Shown here: positions 19,899 through 28,776 of the stretch, piece after piece
Numbering within the stretch: position 1 is the stretch's first letter
How the letters are laid out: every line of letters begins with the position of its first letter
From: Rhodospirillales bacterium
Lineage (GTDB): Bacteria; Pseudomonadota; Alphaproteobacteria; Bin95
Reading direction: 5' to 3'
Length of the DNA: 64,000 nt
NCBI GenBank assembly: GCA_038143065.1
Contig: JAYQLI010000035.1
Span: 2,496,894-2,560,893 of the forward strand
The notes under the pieces: generated by a model
The model's input: the letters and a program-made list of their open reading frames with translations, nothing else
Databases searched by the model: none
Told to the model about the DNA's origin: nothing
Made by a program: the position numbers and the translations under genes

Positions 19899-21449
19899 TT
19901 AGCTACTGTTTTCTAATTCCAATTGGTCCAGCTCAGTTTTGAGTTGCTGCAAATCTACTTTGTTTACCCCAGTCATCGGAAGGGTATCTTTAACAAGAAT
20001 ACGTCGGGGGTGGGCATAAGCTGGCCCGTTTTTAAGCGTAAAATCTTTCAAGTCTTTCTCTGTCACTTCCAATTTATTGATTACTACAGCCGCAACCGGG
20101 CATGCACCTTTTGTTGGATGGTTGTGGGGCATTACTACTGCTTGGATCACTGCGGGATGTTTAAGGAGAATATTTTCTACTTCTTTGGGATAAATATTTT
20201 CACCACCGCAGACGAACATATCGTCAATCCGTCCTTCAAAATAGAAAAAGCCATTTTTGTCTTTTGAAAGTATGTCGCCCGTACGAAGCCAACCCTCGAC
20301 AAACCTTTCAGCATTCACCTTGGGAAGATTATGATAACCAGGCGAATTGGCAGGACTTTTGATCCAAAATTCGCCAATTTGATCGCTCTCTTTACCATCT
20401 GTTCCAACAAGTTTTACCTCCGTCCCAGGCATGATAGTTCCAACAGACGAGGGTGGCGTTGGTCTCCCGTCTAGAGGTGGTGACATACAGCCTCCAGCTG
20501 TTTCTGTCAGGCCGTACCCTTGGGCACTAGGACAGTTAAAAACACGTGCTATTTCGCTCATCAATTCCGCATGCGCTGGAGCAGATCCAAGTCGGGGCAT
20601 TTGAAGGGAAGAGAAGTCAAGTTGTTTGATTAAATCCTGCTGCTTCAGAAGCATGGAGAACATAGTTGGGACACCCCCAGCTTCTGTCACCTTCCAGTCA
20701 TGAATTGCTTGGAGATAATTACGGGCATCAAAATTTTTCATCAAAACTACTGAACCGCCCGCACTGATCTTTGTCTTCAAGCGAACGGTCATAGCATTTT
20801 TGTGATAAAGAGGCGCTGCTATCAGGCCGCGTTGATCAGGTTTTGCAGGCCAGTATTTTTGCCGAGTTTCAATCAGCCAAGTTGTATTTAGGTGTGTGAG
20901 TATGACGCCCTTAGGTCGGCCCGTTGAACCAGAAGTGTATGGGTGGAAGGCTGGAGCGTTAGGTGAAATTTCTATGGGCTCAAAATGGGTACTTGAGCTT
21001 TCGACAGATTTCCAAAAAGGCAACCAACCTTCTGGTTCCTCTCCAAAAGCAAATTTCAATGGAATATCTGCAGCTGCATCGGTGATGTGTGCGCCAGCAG
21101 CCGGTTCAATAATTGCCGCTTTAGCTCCGGAATCAGCGAAAATATAAGCTAGAACTTCTTTACTTTGTTTTAAATTTATAGGTACGGGAACCAAGCCGGC
21201 GCGCATTGCACCAAACATGGTCATTAAAAACTCTGCCCTATTGGATATAGCAAGACCAACTCTATCGCCCGTTTGCAGACCTGTATTTCGGAGCATTGAG
21301 GCAACGCGGTTCATTGCATCGTCTAGGTCTCGAAACGAATATTTCCTTGGTTCACCTTGGCTTATATCAATGAGAGCAGTTTTATCTGAATACTCGGCTG
21401 CAGCTCGCCAGAAAAACCATCCGAGTTGTCCGTCTCCTTGAAAATTCAT
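19899..21449 (-). CDS. Class I adenylate-forming enzyme (acyl-CoA ligase)
   Basis: YTSGSTGRPKG, GYGLTE, TGD, GGENIYPKEVE. Confidence 0.93.
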   Translation of the reverse strand: MNFQGDGQLGWFFWRAAAEYSDKTALIDISQGEPRKYSFRDLDDAMNRVASMLRNTGLQTGDRVGLAISNRAEFLMTMFGAMRAGLVPVPINLKQSKEVLAYIFADSGAKAAIIEPAAGAHITDAAADIPLKFAFGEEPEGWLPFWKSVESSSTHFEPIEISPNAPAFHPYTSGSTGRPKGVILTHLNTTWLIETRQKYWPAKPDQRGLIAAPLYHKNAMTVRLKTKISAGGSVVLMKNFDARNYLQAIHDWKVTEAGGVPTMFSMLLKQQDLIKQLDFSSLQMPRLGSAPAHAELMSEIARVFNCPSAQGYGLTETAGGCMSPPLDGRPTPPSSVGTIMPGTEVKLVGTDGKESDQIGEFWIKSPANSPGYHNLPKVNAERFVEGWLRTGDILSKDKNGFFYFEGRIDDMFVCGGENIYPKEVENILLKHPAVIQAVVMPHNHPTKGACPVAAVVINKLEVTEKDLKDFTLKNGPAYAHPRRILVKDTLPMTGVNKVDLQQLKTELDQLELENSS

Positions 21450-21527
21450 GATTTGTTTTCCTTGACCAGACCGCTGGGAGTTGTGTCTAACAAAGTAAAG
21501 TATGTGTCAGGTAGGAGCTTTGCACCA

Positions 21528-21986
21528 ATGTTACATTCATTAATGGTTACTCTGCATCTTGTTGCCGCTGTAATTTGGATTGGCGGTATGTTTTTTGCCT
21601 ACATGATAGTTCGTCCCGCAGTTGCTGCGCTTGAGCCTCCGGAGCCAGCGCGCTTTTGGGGTCGCATTTTTACGAAATTTTTCACATGGGTCTGGATCGC
21701 AATAATTGTTCTTCTAACAACTGGATACCAAATGTTGGTGTTTGAATATGGAGGCATCGGAGCTGCCCCTGTATATCTGCACGCGATGCAATTTTTAGGC
21801 TTAGTCATGATTGCACTATTCATGCATCTTTATTTTGCACCATGGCGCCGGATGAAGTTCGCGTTGAGGAACTCCGATTATCCAGAAGCAGCCAAGCAAA
21901 TACCCCAAATTCGCCGTATAGTGGCGATCAATCTTTCATTGGGTATTGCTAATGTAATTATTGGAGCTGGAGGGCGTTACTTCTAG
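21528..21986 (+). CDS. CopD-like integral membrane protein
   Basis: LHLVAAVIWIGGMFFAY..VRP, 4 TM segments, IRRIVAINLSLG. Confidence 0.75.
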   Translation: MLHSLMVTLHLVAAVIWIGGMFFAYMIVRPAVAALEPPEPARFWGRIFTKFFTWVWIAIIVLLTTGYQMLVFEYGGIGAAPVYLHAMQFLGLVMIALFMHLYFAPWRRMKFALRNSDYPEAAKQIPQIRRIVAINLSLGIANVIIGAGGRYF

Positions 21987-21995
21987 ATCTAATTT

Positions 21996-22553
21996 CTACT
22001 CTCGGGGCGCATGTTTGGCTAAAATTCTTTGCAGGGTTCGCCTGTGCATCCTTAAGCGCCTCGCGGTCTCCGATACATTGCGGTCGCACTGCTCATAAAC
22101 GCGTTGGATGTGCTCCCACCGCACTCTGTCAGCAGACATTGGCATCTCTGGCGGGGGAGGAGGGGATTCTGGTGTGGCTAGTAAGGCCGCTTCAATTTGA
22201 TCTGCATCAGCAGGCTTTGGAAGATAGTCTATTGCACCGGCCTTCACAGCAGCTACAGCAGTTGCAATGTTTCCATAGCCCGTGAGTATTATTGCGCGTA
22301 CGTCTGGACGTTCTGCTTGAAGTGCGGCAACCACATCGAGCCCGCTACCATCCCCAAGTCTAAGGTCTACTACAGCATAGGCTGGCTTGAGATGCACGGA
22401 TTGTAATCCTTGCGCAGCACTTTCTGCTGTATGGACATCGTACCCACGCCGCTCCATCGCTCTTGCGAGTCTTCTTAGAAAAGGCAGATCGTCTTCAACG
22501 ATCAGCAGGCTCTTTTCCTCGAGGGCGTTTTCACCAACATCTTCTGTAGTCAT
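21996..22553 (-). CDS. regA: RegA/PrrA/ActR redox response regulator
   Basis: LTGYGNIATAVAAVKAGA, PPPPEMPMSADRVRWEHIQRVYEQCDRNVSETARRLRMHRRTLQRILAK. Confidence 0.96.
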   Translation of the reverse strand: MTTEDVGENALEEKSLLIVEDDLPFLRRLARAMERRGYDVHTAESAAQGLQSVHLKPAYAVVDLRLGDGSGLDVVAALQAERPDVRAIILTGYGNIATAVAAVKAGAIDYLPKPADADQIEAALLATPESPPPPPEMPMSADRVRWEHIQRVYEQCDRNVSETARRLRMHRRTLQRILAKHAPRE

Positions 22554-22557
22554 ATGG

Positions 22558-23883
22558 CTAATCCTTTAACTCCGCCTCAAGATCACTGCGGGACCAGGAG
22601 GCTGTAATTTCTGCCCCAGCTCCCGATCTATTACCAAATGTAAGCCGAGCTCCTGAATTCTCCAACAATGTTCGAGCGATAAATAATCCAAGACCCATGT
22701 GGCCATCTTTGTTTTTCCGAGTTGAGATATACGGATCCCCTATTCGTTCCAATAGATCCGATGCAAAACCAGGACCATCATCTACTACGGTGATGCTAAC
22801 GTTTTTAGCACTCCAAGCAACAATAATGGATACTTCTTTACGCGCGAACTGTAATGCGTTTGCGAGAATATTCGTAATTCCATTCACCAATTCAGGGGAT
22901 CTTAAAACTCGAGGCTCTACTCCAGCGTCTCCAGCTATAGGGCGTTTTAGTATCGAGAAACTAATCTCAGCAGGTTTGCGTTCTTCTGCTATTTCTTCAA
23001 GCAACGCCGAGAAGTTGATGGGGTAAAAGCGCGCTCCTGTGTCATTTTCATCTTCACCAGGCCGAGCTGTTAGATCAGCTAGAATGGAACGACATCTTTC
23101 CGACTGCGATACTAGCAAAGCGATATCTTTACCTGTTTCTGTATCCTCTGGGATTTCTCTTGAAAGTTCTTTTGCAACAAGTGTTATGGTTGCCAGAGGT
23201 GTGCCGAGTTCATGCGCGGCTGCCGCCGCAAGTGCCCCTACGGCCGAAACTTGTTGCTCTCTTCTCAGCGTAGCTTCGACAGCATGCAATGCTTGCATCA
23301 TTCGACGCTGTTCAGCAGCAACACGGGCCACGTAGCCAGCAATAAAAATCAGGCCTACTAAGGTCGCAACCCAAGCAGCTACACCATATATCGAAGCCAG
23401 GTCGGGTGCAGGTCCTGGTAGTTCAACGTGCACAACTGTTAGTAGTGAGACCAATATTGCAACCAAAACTCCCGTGCGAATTGTATGCCTAACCGGCAGA
23501 ATGGCAGCTGATACTGTAACAGGGGCTAGAATTAACATTGAGAAGGGATTGTAGAGCCCGCCAGTTAAACCCAGTAAAAATGCCAATTGAACAGCATCAA
23601 ATCGGAGAGAAAAATTAGCGTCCCGCCGTTTCATTTGGCGTGCGTTACGATATTTCCGTGTGAGGTGAAGGTTCAGAATGCAAGACGCTAAAATAGAAAT
23701 TAGGCAAAACGTCAGCGGAAGATCAAAGTCGAGCCAGAAGCGAACTGTTAAGACCGTAACAAGCTGGCCAGTTATTGCCACCCACCTGATGGCGATCAGG
23801 GTAGCGGCACGAATGTGTCTAGGACGCATGCCGGGAGCGTCATTGAAAATATCTATCTTGAAGGCGTCAAATATGCCTGCCAT
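22558..23883 (-). CDS. regB: RegB/PrrB/ActS redox sensor histidine kinase
   Basis: IRWVAITGQ, quinone-binding GGLYNPF, H-box AAAAAHELGTPLATI, redox Cys in ERCRSIL, DDGPG, GLGLFIA. Confidence 0.95.
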   Translation of the reverse strand: MAGIFDAFKIDIFNDAPGMRPRHIRAATLIAIRWVAITGQLVTVLTVRFWLDFDLPLTFCLISILASCILNLHLTRKYRNARQMKRRDANFSLRFDAVQLAFLLGLTGGLYNPFSMLILAPVTVSAAILPVRHTIRTGVLVAILVSLLTVVHVELPGPAPDLASIYGVAAWVATLVGLIFIAGYVARVAAEQRRMMQALHAVEATLRREQQVSAVGALAAAAAHELGTPLATITLVAKELSREIPEDTETGKDIALLVSQSERCRSILADLTARPGEDENDTGARFYPINFSALLEEIAEERKPAEISFSILKRPIAGDAGVEPRVLRSPELVNGITNILANALQFARKEVSIIVAWSAKNVSITVVDDGPGFASDLLERIGDPYISTRKNKDGHMGLGLFIARTLLENSGARLTFGNRSGAGAEITASWSRSDLEAELKD

Positions 23884-24092
23884 TTAGGCCTCAATCTCTT
23901 TCAAAGAGTACGGCTTCGAGAGTATTCATTTTCGAATACTAACCCGATAAGAGCGCACCCTTCTACTTACTTCTGCACCTGATAAGAAAAAATGAAATAA
24001 GAGAAAGTATGTCGTGTGTTTAAAGGTTGCCAGTTCAATTGCTATCGAGTAGTTTCCGCCGCTCTTGCCGTTAGAAAACATGGCAACAGAAA

Positions 24093-24169
24093 GCGCCCGT
24101 AGCTCAACTGGATAGAGCGTCTGACTACGGATCAGGAGGTTGGGAGTTCGAATCTTCCCGGGCGCGCCA
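24093..24169 (+). tRNA. tRNA-Arg (anticodon ACG)
   Basis: GCGCCCG acceptor stem, D-arm TAGCTCAACTGGATAGAGC, anticodon arm CTGA-CTACGGA-TCAG, T-arm GTTCGAATC, encoded CCA. Confidence 0.97.
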
Positions 24170-24567
24170 TATTTTTCAATGACTTAGCTGGTAGTTGTCG
24201 AATTGAAAATGTATAAAACACCCTCATAAGGGTTTTAACAATTTGATCGATTAAAAACAAAAATAGGTTGGACCAAGAAGCGATGCGGCATAGGCCAGTG
24301 TAAATGTTATAACTAAAGTGGCTCATTTTTGCATTTGTAGTTCTATTGCACAGCTCTCTCATATTGATTCTCTGTTTTTACCACCTTTGAAAAAGGCTTT
24401 AGGGGCCCGTCGCGCGTTCTAAAGACCTTGGTGAAACTTTCTCAAGAATTTAGATCAGAGATCGCGGCCCGGGGTTCTGAGTTAGAGGTTAGGCTAGGCA
24501 AATTTGGTTGAGAGGTTGAATTATTGGGATTAACCTTACTAAAAGTATTGCTGATGGAATATGCCGA

Positions 24568-25413
24568 ATGAGTGATATAAACGTCCAGCCTAGCGCACTC
24601 TCAGGATTTGCCCAGAGTGCTGATGTCCGCCGCCTGACAGAAGCTGAAAAAAACCAGTATAGGCGTGACGGGTATGTTAAGAACCTGCCAGTGTTCTCCA
24701 AAGACGGCGTTACCGAATTGCAGGCGCTCTACAGGGATATGGCTTTGCGCATGCCGAACGGTCTAGACATCAATAAAGTAAACAACTGGCACAAGGCGAG
24801 TGCCCGCGTATTCGATGTCTGCCGCACGCCCGCGATCCTCGACTATGTGGAAGATGTGATTGGGGCAGACATCATGCAGTGGGGTTGTCAGCTCTTCGTC
24901 AAGCATCCGGGCGACGGCTCGGTCGTGCCCTGGCATCAGGATGCTCAATACTGGCCGCTAAATCCGCACCGCACCGTAACAGTCTGGCTCGCTGTCTGCG
25001 ACACCAACGCGGAGAATGGTGCTATGCGTCTGGTTTCGGGCAGTCACCACAAGGGTAATTTTAGGCACGAGACCAATGACGCAGAGAACCTAGTGTTGGA
25101 CCAGGAGGTGCCGGAGCCACTGATCGACTATGGACGGGTGGTAAGCATGGACATGAAGGCTGGCGAGATGTCACTGCACGATGACGGGCTGCTGCATGGC
25201 TCTCTGCCGAACACCTCGGACCAAATGCGCGTCGGCTTTACCATGCGGTTCTGTCCACCGGACGTGAAGTGTGATCTCGACGTCTGGCCGAATTTCGAGA
25301 CCTATGTCGCGCGTGGAGAGGATAAGTTGCTCCTGAACCCGAGAGGGCAGGAGCCAAATGGTGAGCGGTATCCTGTCCGTCGATTTCAGCACTCGAGTGA
25401 GTTCGCGGGTTGA
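24568..25413 (+). CDS. PhyH (phytanoyl-CoA dioxygenase) family Fe(II)/2OG oxygenase
   Basis: FVKHPG, WHQDAQYW, TVWLA, NGAMRLVSGSH, LHGS.PN.S...R. Confidence 0.92.
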   Translation: MSDINVQPSALSGFAQSADVRRLTEAEKNQYRRDGYVKNLPVFSKDGVTELQALYRDMALRMPNGLDINKVNNWHKASARVFDVCRTPAILDYVEDVIGADIMQWGCQLFVKHPGDGSVVPWHQDAQYWPLNPHRTVTVWLAVCDTNAENGAMRLVSGSHHKGNFRHETNDAENLVLDQEVPEPLIDYGRVVSMDMKAGEMSLHDDGLLHGSLPNTSDQMRVGFTMRFCPPDVKCDLDVWPNFETYVARGEDKLLLNPRGQEPNGERYPVRRFQHSSEFAG

Positions 25414-25530
25414 TGCGCCGTTTAGTTCGTGAGCATCAGAGTAAGTTGTCATAAAATATTAAAAATTTGAATCGAGAGAGGTAAAAAAATTACTCTCCGA
25501 CTGGCTGGATTTAATTAGGAAAAGTGACAG

Positions 25531-25836
25531 CTAAGAGTGAGTTTGTGGTGAGGTTGCATTGACGGTTGAGCCAGAAGGTTTTTGTTTGGCACTAGCTTTT
25601 GAAGCGAACCACACTGAATGCACAGCGCAGACAAGATAAATTGCAAAAACGATTGCAAGATATGTCCAGTCTAGTCCTGTAAAGAAAGAGAGGAAGTTTA
25701 AATTACTTCCACTACCCCAACACATAAAGATCTCTCCAACGCTATATGACAAAACCAAGTCAGTAGTAGGTCCTATTTCATTCCTCAGTAAACAATCGCG
25801 CATTATTCTTGCTTGGTACATAGCGAAGTCAAGCAA
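25531..25836 (-). CDS. Hypothetical small membrane protein
   Basis: 101-aa ORF with one or two hydrophobic stretches; no recognisable motif, start uncertain. Confidence 0.3.
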   Translation of the reverse strand: MLDFAMYQARIMRDCLLRNEIGPTTDLVLSYSVGEIFMCWGSGSNLNFLSFFTGLDWTYLAIVFAIYLVCAVHSVWFASKASAKQKPSGSTVNATSPQTHS

Positions 25837-25981
25837 TCTAGATTTCGCCCATCCATGATTTTATTTGGCTACCAAAACTAGGATTATCTGGTTTAGTGGT
25901 CAGATGACATTATTAACCAAGATTGCTAATCACACAGTCAACTTTATTTCTAGTCTCAGATCGTAGTTTGAAGGATCCCGA

Positions 25982-26476
25982 ATGATGCGCCAATGGGCTG
26001 TACTTTTTTGCATGACAGCGAGCATATTGTCCTTACATACACTGGCCGTTGCAGCTGAGTACAAGTTAGGCAACGTGAGTATTGTTAACCCCTACAGCCG
26101 AGCAACGCCCACAGGTGCTATGACAGGCGCTGGATATATGAACATCAAGAACATTGGCGAAGAAGACGACCGATTAATTTCTGCTTCTTGCGGATGCGCT
26201 GCTAAAGCTGAAGTGCATGAAATGTCTAATAACAACAACATAATGTCCATGCGCCACATGACTGAGGGACTCCTTATACCTGCTAAGGGAGAAGTGCCTC
26301 TCAAGCCGGGCGGCTATCACATCATGTTTATGGGCTTAAAGAAGCCGTTCCTAACAGATGACACTGTCAAAGCTACTCTTACCTTTGAAAAGGCTGGTGA
26401 AGTCACTATCAGTCTTAAAGTTATGAGTTTGAGGGGTAGCAAAAAGAAAATGCACGATAGCCATTCTAAACATTAG
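25982..26476 (+). CDS. PCu(A)C periplasmic copper chaperone
   Basis: Signal peptide, RAT...AGYM, DRL, EVHEM...MSMR, LKPGGYHIMFMGL, His-rich tail. Confidence 0.93.
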   Translation: MMRQWAVLFCMTASILSLHTLAVAAEYKLGNVSIVNPYSRATPTGAMTGAGYMNIKNIGEEDDRLISASCGCAAKAEVHEMSNNNNIMSMRHMTEGLLIPAKGEVPLKPGGYHIMFMGLKKPFLTDDTVKATLTFEKAGEVTISLKVMSLRGSKKKMHDSHSKH

Positions 26477-26637
26477 TCTGCACCATGTTCTCGCAGGCTC
26501 CACCAGATTTGCTCAACTGGTCTGTTCTCAAAGCCTCAATCAGATTTTTTGGTTACGAAAACGATCCACTTAACTAATCAGAGGAATGTGGCGGAGTGTT
26601 TCCGCAAAATACTGTGGTGTACGCAAAGGTTTGATCA

Positions 26638-26853
26638 TTGAAAGAAAAGCGAGAACTTTCTGAACCTCAGATTTCAGAAATAATTCAGATGGCATTATCA
26701 GATCATGTCGCATTTTCTGATATTGAGCATCAATATGGTTTGAAAGAACGGGAAGTTGTGACCCTTATGCGTAAGAGTCTTCGCAAGGGCTCATATCGTA
26801 GTTGGCGCAAAAGGGTAGCAACCTTTGGAAGTAGGCGTGAACATTACAAATAA
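26638..26853 (+). CDS. TIGR03643/DUF2805-like small protein
   Basis: IIQMA..D...F..I..QYGL.E.EV..LMR..L...SY..WRKRV pattern recalled for this family. Confidence 0.75.
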   Translation: MKEKRELSEPQISEIIQMALSDHVAFSDIEHQYGLKEREVVTLMRKSLRKGSYRSWRKRVATFGSRREHYK

Positions 26854-26902
26854 CCTTTTCACTCAGAAGACCTTTGAACTTCTGCTGCAGCTCACCCAGC
26901 TA

Positions 26903-28084
26903 TCAAGACCCAAGTCGCATGATTGCCAAGGCCAAGGTCTTGGCGCGCGGAACCATAGTGTCTAGACGCATGAACTTCTCCGGCGTATGCGCCCGTCCTC
27001 CAACCGGTCCAGTGGCGCACACAGTTGGAGTGCCAACTTGCGCTGTGAAACCTGAATCGGCTGATCCACCTGAAAACTCCCCGCCAATGGTCAGGCCCAT
27101 ATCAGCACCGGCAGCAGTATAAACATCGAAAATTTGTTTACTTTCCTGTGATTGAGTAAGGGGAAGAAAACCACGGCTTTCAGTGATCTCAGTTACTGTT
27201 CCGGTGACATATGCTGTCTCCAGTATTTCGGAGATTTGTTTCCACACTGTGTCGCGCGCCTCCATAGTTTTAAAACGTACATCGACTTCAGCTTCTGCGA
27301 GTGGAGCGACCATGTTGACTGCACTTCCGCCACTCACAAGTCCTACATTGACGGTCGTTCCAACTTCGTAGTCAGTCAATTTGTGGAGTTCAGTGACCTT
27401 TGCAGCAAGTTCTCCAATAGCACTGATACCCTTCTCATGCTGGCCTCCAGAGTGTGATGATTTACCGGTAATTCTAAATTTAAAGAAGCTAGCACCTTTG
27501 CGGCCAATGACAGCGTTTCCACTCTCGCGTCCGGGCTCTGCATTGAATACCGCGCGGGCGTTGCGCGCCTCATTTTCAATAACGGGCCGAGAGGATGGGG
27601 AGGCGATCTCCTCATCTGAGGTGTAAAGCCCTATCAAAGGATAGGGACAACCTCCAAACCGTTTGAATGCTGCTAGCACGAAGGCGTTCATGACCAGTCC
27701 TGCTTTCATGTCGGCTACGCCAGGACCGTAGGCGATATCACCTATAATGCTGAAGGGCCGCCGTTCTGCTTCGCCGTCTGGGAAAACCGTATCTCGATGC
27801 CCCATTAAAAGTAAGGGTTGGTTTCCCTCGCCGCCGCTGACATGAGCACGAATACAATCGCCGAACTCTCCGTGAGGAACGCGGTCAGTTGGAATACCTT
27901 CTTCTTCAAACCACTCTTCAAATGCCCGCCCAACAGCGTCCACGCCTTTTTTGTTGTAGGAGCCAGAATCAATATTGACTACTTTCTCCAGTAACTCGGT
28001 CATTGCCGGGCGTTGTTCATCGAGCCAATTGAGTAAGTCGGTTTGTTTTTTAATAGACGGAGACGGCATTGTTAGTAATTCCAT
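26903..28084 (-). CDS. M20 family metallopeptidase (carboxypeptidase G2-like)
   Basis: GHRDTVF, GPGVADMKAG, SDEEI, EPGR, GGSAD, AHT. Confidence 0.92.
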   Translation of the reverse strand: MELLTMPSPSIKKQTDLLNWLDEQRPAMTELLEKVVNIDSGSYNKKGVDAVGRAFEEWFEEEGIPTDRVPHGEFGDCIRAHVSGGEGNQPLLLMGHRDTVFPDGEAERRPFSIIGDIAYGPGVADMKAGLVMNAFVLAAFKRFGGCPYPLIGLYTSDEEIASPSSRPVIENEARNARAVFNAEPGRESGNAVIGRKGASFFKFRITGKSSHSGGQHEKGISAIGELAAKVTELHKLTDYEVGTTVNVGLVSGGSAVNMVAPLAEAEVDVRFKTMEARDTVWKQISEILETAYVTGTVTEITESRGFLPLTQSQESKQIFDVYTAAGADMGLTIGGEFSGGSADSGFTAQVGTPTVCATGPVGGRAHTPEKFMRLDTMVPRAKTLALAIMRLGS

Positions 28085-28211
28085 TTTGAGAGGGTTGGCA
28101 ATGTTGCCATTGCTATCGTCATTTTGTCGACGTCGTGCCTTTGGGAGGCGCGCAGTGAGTCCAAATTATTTTGGACGTTTTAATTAAAAAAATTCAAACG
28201 CTACGGATCGC

Positions 28212-28233
28212 AAGATGAAAAAAATTTCATCTT
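28212..28233. promoter_or_regulatory. Perfect 9-bp inverted repeat, candidate transcription factor operator
   Basis: AAGATGAAA-AAAA-TTTCATCTT just upstream of a TTGCCA -35-like box (28246) in a divergent intergenic region. Confidence 0.4.
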
Positions 28234-28276
28234 TTAGTCATCTTCTTGCCATAGGTGGCGATGTAAATAGGAGGTA

Positions 28277-28347
28277 GGTTCATTTTCCTCCCTGAACTCA
28301 GCTCAGCCCACTTGTTTGGCCTCAAAGTCAACTTGTGGGCTTTTTTT
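28277..28347 (+). ncRNA. suhB/MmgR (alpha-r8)-like small RNA
   Basis: Stem GTTCA/TGAAC displaying the anti-SD decamer TTTCCTCCCT (28284-28293), followed by GCCCAC...GTGGGC-T7 terminator; 5' end approximate. Confidence 0.7.
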
Positions 28348-28590
28348 ATTGGATGATGTTGTGAGAGGATAAACTCTCATGAACGCCTTTAGATTTGAGG
28401 TGAAAAAAAATGAATGAATAATTGCAGAGATCGCATAGGTTTAAGCTGAGTCGTCCTTTTGCAGAGAGAGTTTGCAGTGACATGGAGCCTGAACTTCAGC
28501 CGTTGAGCGGGCAAGTTTCACAGAAAGTTGCCTGCCACATGACAAATCCTTCATCGGGGCATACGAAGGTTAACAGCAAGGAAGTTGAAT

Positions 28591-28776
28591 ATGAGCCAAT
28601 CTTCTGAAGAACCATTTCCCGGATATGTGTATTCGAGCGAAGCGGCCAAGCGTGCAGAGAACATTCAGGGCGCTGGTCGGAAGGCGATATTTAAATTTGC
28701 TGAGGGTTCTCTCTTTGATACCGAGCCAGCCATTATTGACAAAATCATGGCCAAGAATGCGGAGACGCATAAATGA
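28591..28776 (+). CDS. Small hypothetical protein (61 aa) coupled to the amidase
   Basis: AAGGAAG RBS upstream; its TGA overlaps the amidase ATG (ATGA). Confidence 0.65.
   Translation: MSQSSEEPFPGYVYSSEAAKRAENIQGAGRKAIFKFAEGSLFDTEPAIIDKIMAKNAETHK

Noticed and set aside
24568-25413. Fe/2OG halogenase (SyrB2/BarB-like)
   Set aside because: Keeps the HxD carboxylate ligand (WHQD); halogenases have Ala or Gly there
28350-28590. Riboswitch (e.g. glycine) in the amidase leader; also ORF 28422-28607
   Set aside because: No aptamer consensus recognisable, only a short TGAGAG/CTCTCA hairpin; the ORF has a TTG start and no recognisable features
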